Shown: piece by piece, positions 28,497 through 38,512 of the stretch
Numbering within the stretch: the first letter of the stretch is position 1
Layout of the letters: every line of letters begins with the position of its first letter
NCBI GenBank assembly: GCA_002483345.1
Contig: DLHS01000003.1
Coordinates: 8,959 to 72,958 of the forward strand
Source: Bacteroidetes bacterium UBA7662
Lineage (GTDB): Bacteria > Bacteroidota > Bacteroidia > UBA7662
Reading direction: 5' to 3'
DNA: 64,000 nucleotides
Notes under the pieces: model-generated
The model's input: the letters and a program-made list of their open reading frames with translations, nothing else
Told to the model about the DNA's origin: nothing
Databases searched by the model: none
Program-made: the position numbers and the translations under genes

Positions 28497-30011
28497 TTAC
28501 TTCACAAATTTAACCACTTCCAGACCATTCCCGGTTTGCAAACGAAGCTGGTAAATACCGCCAGCCAGAGCATTTACGTCCAGTTGCAGTTGGTTATGAC
28601 CCGCAGTGAGTTCAAAGCGTGCATTTTGAACCAACTGACCTTGCAGGTTATATATCCCGGCGCGGAGGCTTGTAGCCTCTTTTCCTTCCAGGCTGATATG
28701 CAACTGATCTGTCACCGGATTAGGATACACTTTTAAGGTATTCAAACCGGCTACAGAAGTATTGAGGGCAAAAGAACCAAAGTAATATTCTCTTTTTGAT
28801 ACATTGGTGTAAGCATCAGTAGCCATATCGAATTGCTCGCTCACCCATCTGAATACCCGGTTGTCACTGGAATAGTCATAAGTGTTTCGATTACCGAAAG
28901 CTGTCATCCAGCTATTATTCTGGTATATCTCTCCTTTTTCTTCCGTGAGATTCCCTGAAGCATCATAGGTCCAGCTCTCCCGGTAGCTGTTTTCCCAGTT
29001 GGCATTCACATAATCCTCACCCAGCACAGCGGTCAGTTGGCCGCCTGTAAATGTATAACTCGCGCGATTGTCATTCACCCAGACAGTATCTGCCCACAAC
29101 TGAACAACTGTTTCTGAAATCACACCGCCTGCCATGGTTGATGTACCTTTTTCTGTGTTTTCCCAGTTGCCCCCGATTTTGGTTTCCATGACATAATCAG
29201 TTGGTGTTCCTGCATAGGAATTTTCAGTCATGGCCACTTCTGTAAACAGAAAATTGCTTACATCGATGAGCCCGCCGAAAGTGGCAGAAAACCCGAAATA
29301 GCCCAGGCCAAAGTTTACATCACTGTATCGCTCTTCTTCCGGGTTCCAGGCCGAACCTGTCCAATAGGAAATAGTCAACCCCGTAGGTGCACTTCCTGCA
29401 CCAAAGGTAATACCCTGAAATCTGGTGTTTGGTGCCCAGGCAGCTGGAGTTGTCGAGAAATCAAATGAATAAGTCGTCGCTTCGGTCGGAATATTGCCGT
29501 TGTATGTGATGGCTATGGAGTCTCCTGAATTAAGTTCAAGGGTGCCGTTGTTGTCCTGATATATCAGGAGAGCGGTTTGGTTACCCCGGATATCATAATT
29601 CATCACAAAGCGGTTCATAACCACAGGCGGAGAACCTGGAATCGTCAGAACTGCCTCGATTTTAGTAGCATTACCGGTAGCATTATAGGTGTATTCATAG
29701 GTGTAGGCAGGGATGCTTATCGGGCCCTGAACGACATACATTGTAATACTGCTGATTTTGCCATTGGTGTAACGCACCCGATATGCGCCATCCTGTACCC
29801 AGGCAGCACCATCCCAACTGAAGGTTACTGCCGAATCGGGATAGCCGGAAGCAGCTACCCTGCTGTTGGCATTCGCAACTGGGAAACGCATGTCATTTTT
29901 CAACTGCTCCAGTTTAGGGTGCATTTTCAGGGTGCCAAACGGATGTTCAGGACGCGCTGCCTGCGTGCCGATGGCAAAAACGAGTACGCAAAATGTAAAA
30001 ATGTATTTCAT
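28497..30011 (-). CDS. Secreted protein with T9SS type A sorting domain
   Basis: Signal peptide, repeated W.N....Y.Y..G beta-hairpin-like units, C-terminal LKVYPNPVTD...GIYQLRL...KFVK. Confidence 0.85.
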   Translation of the reverse strand: MKYIFTFCVLVFAIGTQAARPEHPFGTLKMHPKLEQLKNDMRFPVANANSRVAASGYPDSAVTFSWDGAAWVQDGAYRVRYTNGKISSITMYVVQGPISIPAYTYEYTYNATGNATKIEAVLTIPGSPPVVMNRFVMNYDIRGNQTALLIYQDNNGTLELNSGDSIAITYNGNIPTEATTYSFDFSTTPAAWAPNTRFQGITFGAGSAPTGLTISYWTGSAWNPEEERYSDVNFGLGYFGFSATFGGLIDVSNFLFTEVAMTENSYAGTPTDYVMETKIGGNWENTEKGTSTMAGGVISETVVQLWADTVWVNDNRASYTFTGGQLTAVLGEDYVNANWENSYRESWTYDASGNLTEEKGEIYQNNSWMTAFGNRNTYDYSSDNRVFRWVSEQFDMATDAYTNVSKREYYFGSFALNTSVAGLNTLKVYPNPVTDQLHISLEGKEATSLRAGIYNLQGQLVQNARFELTAGHNQLQLDVNALAGGIYQLRLQTGNGLEVVKFVK

Positions 30012-30319
30012 AGCAAAGAGTCGTTAGGTTAAATTTAAATCAAAGCTAAGATGAAAGACCCCTCAGTCATCCGCCACAGTTTATTAAATTGCGTTAAAAT
30101 CAGCCATTTTTGACATTTTTACTACAAAATACCCTGTTCAGGGTAGAACATACGGCCCCTTTCAGAAATCATACAACCAACCCGGATAACCCTGTCCCGA
30201 AGAGCTCCTACCTTTTAACAGGCCCGTCTCCGGCCAGACATTGTTAACACTTTAAGGTCTTGCAAACCGGATATTCATTTTACTGATTTTACCCTGTAAC
30301 TTCGCTTCAAACTTGTGCC

Positions 30320-31114
30320 ATGCTCAACTACATCCACTGGAACATCAACCCTGAAATCCTGCCCGATATCTTACCTGTACGCTGGTATGGCGTTCTTTTT
30401 ATGCTGGGGTTTGTCTTTGGGTACTATATACTCGAGCGCGTTTTTAAAGCAGAAAACAAACCTACCGCCTGGCTTGATTCTCTTTCGCTGTATGTAGGTG
30501 CCGGTACCATACTGGGTGCAAGACTGGGGCACTGTCTTTTCTACGAACCTGAATATTATCTGGGTCACCCGCTTGAAATCCTGAAAATATGGGAAGGCGG
30601 ACTGGCCAGTCACGGAGCAGCCGTCGGCATTTTATTGGCGCACTGGCTTTTTGCCCGTAAAATAAAAGACATCAGCTTCCTCTGGATTACCGACCGGATG
30701 GTGATAGTAGTAGCACTGGCTGCAGTCTGTATCCGAACAGGAAATCTGATGAATTCTGAAATTGTTGGTGCCCCTACCGACCTCCCCTGGGGTTTTGTAT
30801 TCGAACGCCTGGGTGAGAACTTTCCCCGTCACCCGACACAGATTTATGAAGCCCTCGCCTACCTGCTGATTTTTGGCTTCCTGTACCACCAATACTGGAA
30901 AAAAGGAGCCGGTGAAAAGCCGGGGCGACTTTTCGGCTATTTTTTGGTACTTGTTTTCGGATTCCGCTTTTTTGTGGAATACATCAAGGATGTACAGGTT
31001 GACTTCGAAAAATCGATGGCACTCAATATGGGGCAATGGCTGAGTATACCGCTGGTATTACTGGGCATCGTACTCATCCTGAGAAGCTCCAAAGCAGCTT
31101 CCGGGACTTCTTAA
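30320..31114 (+). CDS. lgt: Prolipoprotein diacylglyceryl transferase
   Basis: RWYG, GARLGH, GGLASHG, RTGNLMNSE, HPTQIYE. Confidence 0.96.
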   Translation: MLNYIHWNINPEILPDILPVRWYGVLFMLGFVFGYYILERVFKAENKPTAWLDSLSLYVGAGTILGARLGHCLFYEPEYYLGHPLEILKIWEGGLASHGAAVGILLAHWLFARKIKDISFLWITDRMVIVVALAAVCIRTGNLMNSEIVGAPTDLPWGFVFERLGENFPRHPTQIYEALAYLLIFGFLYHQYWKKGAGEKPGRLFGYFLVLVFGFRFFVEYIKDVQVDFEKSMALNMGQWLSIPLVLLGIVLILRSSKAASGTS

Positions 31115-32589
31115 TAGCTTTGCAGAAATCGCTTGGAGGCTACGATGTCATCGTGCAGCAAACGGTCTTCTGCCAGAAAAGGCACTTTTTTACGGTAGGC
31201 AGCCAGTAGTTTGCTGAGTCCCGCGGATGTTTTCCAGTCTCCCCTTAAATCAAACGCCTGGGCCGCATTCATCAGCTCAATGGCCAGAATGGTTTCTACA
31301 TTGTCAAGTACCCGGTACAGTTTGGTAGCAGCATTGGCCCCCATGCTAACATGGTCTTCCTGTCCGTTCGAGGAAGTAATGGAATCAATAGATGCCGGCA
31401 CCGCCAGTTGTTTGTTCTGACTGGCAATGGATGCGGCTGTATACTGCGGTATCATCAGGCCACTGTTCAGGCCGGAATGGGCTATCAGGAAAGCAGGGAG
31501 TCCCCTGCTGCCGGAAATAAGCTGATAGGTACGGCGTTCACTGATAGCACCCAGCTCAGCCATCGCAATCGCCAGAAAATCGAGGGCGAAAGCGAGCGGC
31601 TGTCCATGAAAATTACCTCCGGATATAATCATATCCTCTTCCGGGAAAAGATTCGGATTATCGCTGACAGCGTTTATTTCGGTCTCAAAAACAGAAGCCG
31701 CATGTAACCAGGTATCGTAGCTGGCACCATGTACCTGCGGCACACAACGAAATGAATACGGATCCTGCACGGCTGTTTTGGTACGGGCGGCCGTAGGGCT
31801 GCCAGTCAGCCAGTCGCGGATAGCAGCGGCTACATGCTGCTGGCCCAAATGGGGACGTACTTCATGAACCAATGGATGAAAAGGTTCTGTGCGGCAGTCA
31901 AAGGCCTCTATCGAGAGGGCTGCTATCATCGCTGCCTGATCTATCAGCTGCTGTCCTTTCAATATAGCATAAACGCCATAGGCCGACATAAACTGGGTAC
32001 CGTTCAAAAGTGCCAACCCTTCTTTGGCCTGCAAAACAATGGGCTCCCAGCCAAAAGTAGGCAACAAGCTGCTGCTGTGCGTTATATTGCCGTTTACCCA
32101 TACCTCTCCCAACCCCAGCAAAGGCAAAGAAAGATGTGCGAGCGGTGCCAGATCACCGGATGCTCCCAAAGAGCCCTGTTCATAAACAACCGGCAATACA
32201 TCATGGTTGTATAAATCTACCAGGCGTTGTACGGTTGCCAACTGTACCCCGGAATGACCGTATGCCAACGACTGAATCTTCAACACCAGCATCAGACGGA
32301 TAATGGCAACCGGAACCATATTACCGGTTCCACAGGCGTGCGACATCACCAGATTGCGTTGCAGGCTGGAAAGATCATTTTTGGAGATAGCAATGTCGCA
32401 GAGCGAACCAAAGCCGGTATTAATGCCGTAAAAAAGCTGGTCACTGTCAGCCAGCTTATCATCAAGGTATTTTTTACAGGCCTGGATACGTGCCACGGCC
32501 TGTGTACTGAGCGCGAGTTTGTTACCCGGCTCCATCAATTCGCCCAAGGTCGAAAAATCAAGCGGTTCTCCCAGGTAGATGGTTTTCAT
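31111..32589 (-). CDS. hutH: Histidine ammonia-lyase
   Basis: YGINTGFG, LVMSHACG, MIO motif GASGDLAPL, GGNFHG, QEDHVSMG. Confidence 0.95.
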   Translation of the reverse strand: MKTIYLGEPLDFSTLGELMEPGNKLALSTQAVARIQACKKYLDDKLADSDQLFYGINTGFGSLCDIAISKNDLSSLQRNLVMSHACGTGNMVPVAIIRLMLVLKIQSLAYGHSGVQLATVQRLVDLYNHDVLPVVYEQGSLGASGDLAPLAHLSLPLLGLGEVWVNGNITHSSSLLPTFGWEPIVLQAKEGLALLNGTQFMSAYGVYAILKGQQLIDQAAMIAALSIEAFDCRTEPFHPLVHEVRPHLGQQHVAAAIRDWLTGSPTAARTKTAVQDPYSFRCVPQVHGASYDTWLHAASVFETEINAVSDNPNLFPEEDMIISGGNFHGQPLAFALDFLAIAMAELGAISERRTYQLISGSRGLPAFLIAHSGLNSGLMIPQYTAASIASQNKQLAVPASIDSITSSNGQEDHVSMGANAATKLYRVLDNVETILAIELMNAAQAFDLRGDWKTSAGLSKLLAAYRKKVPFLAEDRLLHDDIVASKRFLQSY

Positions 32590-33965
32590 AAAGCATTCTT
32601 TAGATGTTGAGCCAGCTGATTTATACCTACAGGACTTTGCTGACCGGAACGAATATCCTTGAGCATGACCGATTGCCCGGCAACTTCCTGATCACCAATC
32701 AGGGCGAGGTAAGGAATGGCCTTGGCTTCCGCATAAGAAAAAGCCTTTTTCATCTTACCGGCCTCCAGATACAATTCCGCTGCCATTCCAGCCGCCCTGA
32801 GCTGTCGCAAAAGTGAACCGGCATACTCAAACTGAGCGTCATCAAAGATGTAAAGCAGTATATCACTCGACCGCTGGACTGTTTCCGGGAAAAGGTTGAG
32901 TTGTTCCATCACATCCAGTATCCTTTCGGCACCGAAAGAAATCCCTACCCCCGTTAAACCATCCACTCCGAAAATGCCGGTGAGATTGTCGTAGCGACCA
33001 CCACCGCCTATGCTACCCATGGCCACTTCGTGGGTTACCACCTCCAGGATGGTTCCGGTATAATAGTCTAAGCCTCGGGCGAGGGTCGGGTCAAACACAA
33101 GGTGTTTTCCCAAATCAAAAGGCTCGATCAACTTAAACAAAAGATGCAATTCTTCCAGCCCTTTGTGCAGATGGGCATCCTCAGAAAAAGCAGCCAGTGC
33201 AGCCCATTTTTCGGACGTCACGGTTTTCTCCAACACACCAAAAAAAGCATTTATGTTATTCTCTGAAGCGCCATGGGCAACCATTTCGGCTGTCATGGCT
33301 TCTCTGCCTATTTTATCCAGTTTGTCAAGTATCACAATAAATTCCGTGACCTTCTGGCCCATGCCGATGGCTTGCGCTATACCGGCAAATAACTTTCTGT
33401 TGTTGATACGAACACTGAAATCACGAAACCCTAGTTTTTTGAATACGGTGACGTAAATAGCACATAGTTCAGCCTCGTTAAACAATGAATCTGACCCGAT
33501 CACATCGGCATCGCACTGATAAAACTCCCGGTAACGGCCTTTCTGAGGCCTGTCAGCCCGCCAGACGGGCTGAATCTGGTATCTTTTGAAAGGAAAGGCG
33601 ATGTTGTGCCGGTTCATGGAAACATACCGGGCCAAAGGCACGGTAAGATCATACCGAAGCGCTTTTTCACTCACCAGGCTGGTGAAAGAACGGGATTGGT
33701 TTTCTTTCGCGCTTTCGAAATCGTTGGTATCCACCTCCTTCAGGTAGTCACCCGAATTGAGGATTTTAAAAATGAGCCTGTCACCTTCCTCGCCGTATTT
33801 TCCGGTGAGGGTGCTCAGGTTTTCCATCGCAGGTGTTTCCAGGGGCTGATAGCCGTATTGTCTGAAAACGCCTTCAATGATATTGAAGATGTACTTACGT
33901 TTGGCCATCAGGGCCGGGCCGAAATCTCGGGTGCCTCTGGCGAGACTGGGTTTAATGGTTTGCAT
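32586..33965 (-). CDS. hisS: Histidine--tRNA ligase
   Basis: RGTRDF, LRYDLTVP, GRYREFYQCD, RGLDYYTG, GGGRYD. Confidence 0.97.
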   Translation of the reverse strand: MQTIKPSLARGTRDFGPALMAKRKYIFNIIEGVFRQYGYQPLETPAMENLSTLTGKYGEEGDRLIFKILNSGDYLKEVDTNDFESAKENQSRSFTSLVSEKALRYDLTVPLARYVSMNRHNIAFPFKRYQIQPVWRADRPQKGRYREFYQCDADVIGSDSLFNEAELCAIYVTVFKKLGFRDFSVRINNRKLFAGIAQAIGMGQKVTEFIVILDKLDKIGREAMTAEMVAHGASENNINAFFGVLEKTVTSEKWAALAAFSEDAHLHKGLEELHLLFKLIEPFDLGKHLVFDPTLARGLDYYTGTILEVVTHEVAMGSIGGGGRYDNLTGIFGVDGLTGVGISFGAERILDVMEQLNLFPETVQRSSDILLYIFDDAQFEYAGSLLRQLRAAGMAAELYLEAGKMKKAFSYAEAKAIPYLALIGDQEVAGQSVMLKDIRSGQQSPVGINQLAQHLKNAL

Positions 33966-33989
33966 CCGGTGTGTGCTTACCGGGCAAAA

Positions 33990-35432
33990 TTACACGGTAC
34001 TGATCTTAATTTTCTTCTGAATATCTTCCACGAAGCCTTTAAACTTACGGTCGGTCTCCATGAGGTCTTCTACGGTCTGGCAAGAGTGAATTACCGTACT
34101 GTGATCGCGGCCGCCAAAGTACTCTCCAATGGTTTTGAGGCTGTTTTTAGTCAGTTTTTTGGCGAAATACATCGAAATCTGACGGGCCTGTACGATTTCC
34201 CGCTTGCGGGTTTTGGCCTTCAGCAAGTCTACCGGCAGATCAAAATACTCGCAAACGAGGTTTTGAATACTCTCAATAGAAATTTCCAGTGATACGTTGC
34301 GGACAAAATTACGCATTACCACTTTGGCGAGTTCAATATCCGGCTGTTTGTTATTCAGCGTTGTATAAGCAAGCAGGGAGGTTATGGCTCCTTCCAGCTC
34401 GCGTATGTTGGTAGTGATGTTGTGGGCGATGAACTCAACCACCTCCCTGGGCAGTTCAATACCATCGGCGTACATCTTCATCTCGAGTATGGCTACCCTG
34501 GTTTCGAAATCAGGCACCTGCAGATCGGTGCTCAAACCCCATTTGAAACGGGAGAGCAGCCTTTCCTCCATCCCTTTCAGGTCCTTGGGTGCCCGGTCAC
34601 TGGTAAGTATGAGCTGCTTGCCGGTCTGGTGGAGGTGGTTGAAGATGTGGAAGAAAACGTCCTGGGTCTTCTCCTTGTTGGCGAAGTTGTGTACGTCATC
34701 AATCACCAGCACATCGATGAGCTGATAGAAGTTCACAAAGTCGTTGGCGGAATTATTCCGGAGCGAATCAATGAACTGCTGGGTGAATTTTTCCGCAGTT
34801 ACGTAGAGAACTGTTTTGTTCGGGAAATTGAGTTTCACCTGATTGCCGATGGCCTGTACCAGGTGAGACTTGCCCAACCCTACTGCACCGTAAATCATCA
34901 AAGGATTAAAAGAGGTGCCGCCTGGTTTGGAGGCGACCGCCATACCAGCCGAACGGGCCAGGCGGTTGGAATCGCCTTCTACGAAGTTTTCGAATGAATA
35001 TCGCGGGTTAAGCTGCGAATCGATGTTAATCTTTTTGAGACCCGGAATGATGAACGGGTTTTTAATCGACGAGCCGATGTTCATCGGAACGGTCAGATCA
35101 GGATTTTTGGCTTTCATGCCGTTGCCAGGCATGTTGATGGTATACGGCGCTTTGTCGGCGGTGGCATGCTCCATCACTATGCTGTACTCCAGACGACCTT
35201 CTGCCCCGAGCTCCCGACGAATGGTTTTATGCAGCAAATTGACGTAGTGCTCTTCCAGCCACTCATAAAAAAACTGGCTCGGCACCTGAATCGTCAGTAC
35301 GTTATCCTTCAGACGCACCGGTTTGATGGGCTCAAACCAGGTCTTAAAACTCTGAGGATTCACGTTGTCGCGTATGATCGACAAACAGTTGCTCCATACC
35401 ATTTCCATCGTTCTCTCCATAGGCTCGTTCAT
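33990..35432 (-). CDS. dnaA: Chromosomal replication initiator DnaA
   Basis: FNPL.IYGAVGLGKSHL, IDD, NIRELEGA, RQISMY, FGGRDHSTVIH. Confidence 0.98.
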   Translation of the reverse strand: MNEPMERTMEMVWSNCLSIIRDNVNPQSFKTWFEPIKPVRLKDNVLTIQVPSQFFYEWLEEHYVNLLHKTIRRELGAEGRLEYSIVMEHATADKAPYTINMPGNGMKAKNPDLTVPMNIGSSIKNPFIIPGLKKINIDSQLNPRYSFENFVEGDSNRLARSAGMAVASKPGGTSFNPLMIYGAVGLGKSHLVQAIGNQVKLNFPNKTVLYVTAEKFTQQFIDSLRNNSANDFVNFYQLIDVLVIDDVHNFANKEKTQDVFFHIFNHLHQTGKQLILTSDRAPKDLKGMEERLLSRFKWGLSTDLQVPDFETRVAILEMKMYADGIELPREVVEFIAHNITTNIRELEGAITSLLAYTTLNNKQPDIELAKVVMRNFVRNVSLEISIESIQNLVCEYFDLPVDLLKAKTRKREIVQARQISMYFAKKLTKNSLKTIGEYFGGRDHSTVIHSCQTVEDLMETDRKFKGFVEDIQKKIKISTV

Positions 35433-35754
35433 AGTATCCGAATTGGTCGGGAGGTCGAATATGAAACAAAAAAACTTCTCTAAAAAACTCCGAAACCTCT
35501 TGACTTTGTTAGAAGAATGACAAGGGGCTGAATAGCACGTGATTTACCAACATCTAGCTGCAAAACTTTTTCTAAAAAGTTTTTAGACGAATCGCTTGAC
35601 TTTTATTTATAAATTATATGAAATTGATAATCAGTTAGTTACAAAACATTTAACTATTTAGTAATGATTTGTTCACATAGTTATCCCAATTGTTTCTTAT
35701 GTAATGTGCTTTAAATCAGCAGCCTTCCATTTGTGCCTTTCGGGTACTAACGAA
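35433..35754. promoter_or_regulatory. AT-rich dnaA upstream region with degenerate DnaA boxes (autoregulatory site or oriC candidate)
   Basis: TTGTTCACA at 35669-35677 and TTATCCCAA at 35681-35689; AT-rich tract about 35600-35665. Confidence 0.4.
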
Positions 35755-36678
35755 CTAACCAACATTTGCGCTCCGATTCCGATAAGTCCGCCTTTTTTTA
35801 CCCGACTTTTCAAATCTAAAATCTATGCGTCCCAATCTAATACCAGAGTGTCCGACCTGTGCTATGAGCGTAGCTTTTCCTCCCGGATTTTGCACTTCCA
35901 CCGGAGGGTCAAGGAAGCTGTGCGTATGCCCTCCGATAATTAAATCTATCCCCTCAACCTGAGCTGCCAACAATCGATCTGAAACCCTGTTGTCCTTGTA
36001 CTGATACCCCAGGTGCGAGAGACAAATGATAAAGTCAACCTCCAGCTCTCTAAACATGGCAACCTGTGCTTTGGCAACGGATACGGGATCCCAATAGCGT
36101 ATTTTCCCGAACAATCTGGCCGGTATCAAACCATCGGGACTAATGCCGAGACCGAAAACACCTATACGAAGCGGGCCTTTCTGAATAATGATATGCGGTT
36201 TCACCTTACCTGCCAGCACCGTTTCACTGAAATCATAGTTGGCAACTACAAAAGGGAACGTTACATGCTGCAATTGTTTGGCGAAATTTTCGATGCCTTC
36301 GTCAAAATCATGGTTACCCATAGTAGCCACTTCATAACCCATGGCCTCCATGGCCTTCATCTCTGGTTCACCTTTGAAAAAATTGAAATAAGGCGTCCCC
36401 TGGAAGATGTCCCCGGCATCGACAAGCAAGGTATGGGCCGTCGATTGCCTGATCTGATCAATCAGCTGCTTGCGGCGGGCGACTCCTCCCAGCCCTGCAT
36501 ATTGTCCCTCCGGATAGGGATCCAGGCGGCTGTGGGTGTCGTTGGTATGGAGCAGACTGAGGCTTATCACCTCGTCATCGGGCAACGCCCACAAACCTGA
36601 GGGCATCAAAACTGCAGCAGCGGCTACCACAGAAGCCTGCCGGACAAAATCGCGGCGCCCTTTATCGAATTCTTCCAT
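35755..36678 (-). CDS. 5'-nucleotidase N-terminal metallophosphoesterase subunit (Tat signal)
   Basis: GRRDFV twin-arginine signal; HTNDTHS, DAGD, GNHDFD, GGHTH. Confidence 0.9.
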   Translation of the reverse strand: MEEFDKGRRDFVRQASVVAAAAVLMPSGLWALPDDEVISLSLLHTNDTHSRLDPYPEGQYAGLGGVARRKQLIDQIRQSTAHTLLVDAGDIFQGTPYFNFFKGEPEMKAMEAMGYEVATMGNHDFDEGIENFAKQLQHVTFPFVVANYDFSETVLAGKVKPHIIIQKGPLRIGVFGLGISPDGLIPARLFGKIRYWDPVSVAKAQVAMFRELEVDFIICLSHLGYQYKDNRVSDRLLAAQVEGIDLIIGGHTHSFLDPPVEVQNPGGKATLIAQVGHSGIRLGRIDFRFEKSGKKRRTYRNRSANVG

Positions 36679-37399
36679 CGGTCATGGGTTTGAGAACAAT
36701 ACCATCCCGGTGCATGCCACGGAAAGCTGTCACATATAAATCACGCAGCAGTTCCGGGGTACGTTGGCTGATACGGGCTTCCTTCAGAAAATCACATCCA
36801 TCTCCGCCCTCCGCCAGATAATCAATGGTAGCCAGTTTATAACGGGCATTCATATCTATGGGCTTGCCCCCGATGGTAACATCAACAGCCTTTCCTTCTC
36901 TCCTGATAAAACGAACGCCTGCCAGCGGAGTCCCGCCTTTGGCTGCCCAGTGATCCAGCAATTGCTGAAGGAGCCTGCCGTCCAGGTCGAGTATCACCAC
37001 ATAATTCATAAATGGCATGATTTCCATCACTGCCCCCATGGTTACCTGCCCGGCCGGCAGCGCGGCTCGTATGCCGCCATAATTTAATAAAGCCACCTCA
37101 ACGGGTTCATATTTACGACTTACCTCAATAAGCATGATATCTGCCAGCAAATTGCCTAAGGCAGACTCCGGCTGGGCTTTGACCATCACCGCATCACTTT
37201 GAATCAGCACAGCATTTACTTCTTTTTCCAGGCTGTCCCGGTATGGCCGTAAGGCGACTCTTAACAGGCTGTCTCCCCCGCGATAAGAACTATCTATCTT
37301 GTACTGCTCTGTTTGCAGGTTGTTGGGCCTGTAGCTTGCAGTTTTACAGGATACAAATGCCACTGTAAACAGCAGCCACAACAGCCAATGCCTGTTCAT
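36662..37399 (-). CDS. 5'-nucleotidase C-terminal domain lipoprotein
   Basis: Lipobox FVS-C; ESALGNLLAD, NYGGIRA, PFMN, DYLAEGGDG. Confidence 0.88.
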   Translation of the reverse strand: MNRHWLLWLLFTVAFVSCKTASYRPNNLQTEQYKIDSSYRGGDSLLRVALRPYRDSLEKEVNAVLIQSDAVMVKAQPESALGNLLADIMLIEVSRKYEPVEVALLNYGGIRAALPAGQVTMGAVMEIMPFMNYVVILDLDGRLLQQLLDHWAAKGGTPLAGVRFIRREGKAVDVTIGGKPIDMNARYKLATIDYLAEGGDGCDFLKEARISQRTPELLRDLYVTAFRGMHRDGIVLKPMTDGRIR

Positions 37400-37914
37400 A
37401 AACGGTCTGTTTCACGCCGCAACTGGATAAGTGCATTGGCGGTTGGATAAACTGCACGTCCGCGCAGCAATTCAAACAAACGCCGGCTATAATCCATGGC
37501 AGTTGCTTCCGGTCCTAAACCCTGTGCGGCCTGGTTGACAACAGCAGTAACATCCTCTTTCGCTGATCTGATGGCTTCCCATGTATCGGCATGCAGGTAT
37601 ATCTGCTGCGCCATGTTGTGCTCGTATTCTGCCCTTATACTGGTGAGCAAGGTCAGCTGTAAGGTTTGCGCATTCATACCTGCTTCACTGAGCCGGTGCA
37701 CCATGGCCTCGGGAGAGATGCGCTCCAGAAATAAAGCCAGGCGCTCCGCAGCCTGCAAACGAACAGGCAGTAAATGTTTCAGTTGCTCTTGTCTGATTTG
37801 CTGTTGCTGTAACTCCTGTGTCTTGTGAAACTGCCAGCGCAGGACACGGTCAGTGGTCCACAAAACCACGAGTGAAGGCAAAATGTACTTGAGAATTTCC
37901 AGGATATCGGACAT
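37396..37914 (-). CDS. Conserved hypothetical membrane-anchored protein
   Basis: N-terminal TM segment; RLQAAERLALFLERISP...IRAEYEHNMAQQIY. Confidence 0.75.
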   Translation of the reverse strand: MSDILEILKYILPSLVVLWTTDRVLRWQFHKTQELQQQQIRQEQLKHLLPVRLQAAERLALFLERISPEAMVHRLSEAGMNAQTLQLTLLTSIRAEYEHNMAQQIYLHADTWEAIRSAKEDVTAVVNQAAQGLGPEATAMDYSRRLFELLRGRAVYPTANALIQLRRETDRL

Positions 37915-38034
37915 ACTGTATCAGTTATGTCAAAAATACAACTAATTAGCTGCGCTGAGCCTATCCCAGGGTGTTAAGGGTTGGTTAAGGCCCACCGCTA
38001 CGCTGTTCCGCGAGTGCCGCAGATGAGGCCCCCT

Positions 38035-38120
38035 CCGTTTAACCCGTTTTGCCGTTTAAACCGTTTAACCCCATTACCGTCCCCTTCTCGCCCTCTCGCC
38101 TCTCGAAATCTCGATGTCTG
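38035..38120. repeat. Compound array: CCGTTTAAC-type 8/9-mers (38035-38080) followed by TCTCG-type units ending TCTCGATGTCT
   Basis: 38094-38120 is identical to 38641-38667. Confidence 0.85.
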
Positions 38121-38142
38121 CAAAAAATTGAACCATCCTCCC

Positions 38143-38150
38143 TAACTTTG
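38143..38150 (+). promoter_or_regulatory. Bacteroidota -7 promoter element
   Basis: TAACTTTG, 15 nt before the HesB/IscA ATG. Confidence 0.65.
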
Positions 38151-38165
38151 CCTTAATTAGTCCGT

Positions 38166-38507
38166 ATGGAAACCAATACCTCAAAACTCTTGCACATTAC
38201 TGATTCCGCTCTGCTGGAACTACGGCAACTGGCTGCAGAAAATCTTGCTCCGGAGAAGGTCATCCGCATAGGTGTAAAAGGAGGAGGCTGCTCAGGCATG
38301 ACCTATATATTGGATTATCAGGAGAAACAACCCAACGACATCTTACTTGAATTTGAAGGCCTCGCTGTAGCCATCGCTCCTGCCCATGCCATTTATCTGG
38401 AAGGTGTAAAACTTGATTTCGGCCGGGGGCTTGACAACCGCGGCTTCATCTTCGAAAACCCCAACGCCAGCGAAACCTGCGGTTGCGGAACTTCGTTTGC
38501 CGTGTAG
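38166..38507 (+). CDS. HesB/IscA-family Fe-S cluster assembly protein
   Basis: GVKGGGCSG and NPNASETCGCGTSF. Confidence 0.94.
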   Translation: METNTSKLLHITDSALLELRQLAAENLAPEKVIRIGVKGGGCSGMTYILDYQEKQPNDILLEFEGLAVAIAPAHAIYLEGVKLDFGRGLDNRGFIFENPNASETCGCGTSFAV

Positions 38508-38512
38508 TCTTT

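Noticed and set aside
33606-34997. Long antisense ORFs opposite hisS and dnaA (and similar ones opposite miaB, GH31 and the helicase)
   Set aside because: Shadow frames of well-conserved genes, with no protein motifs.
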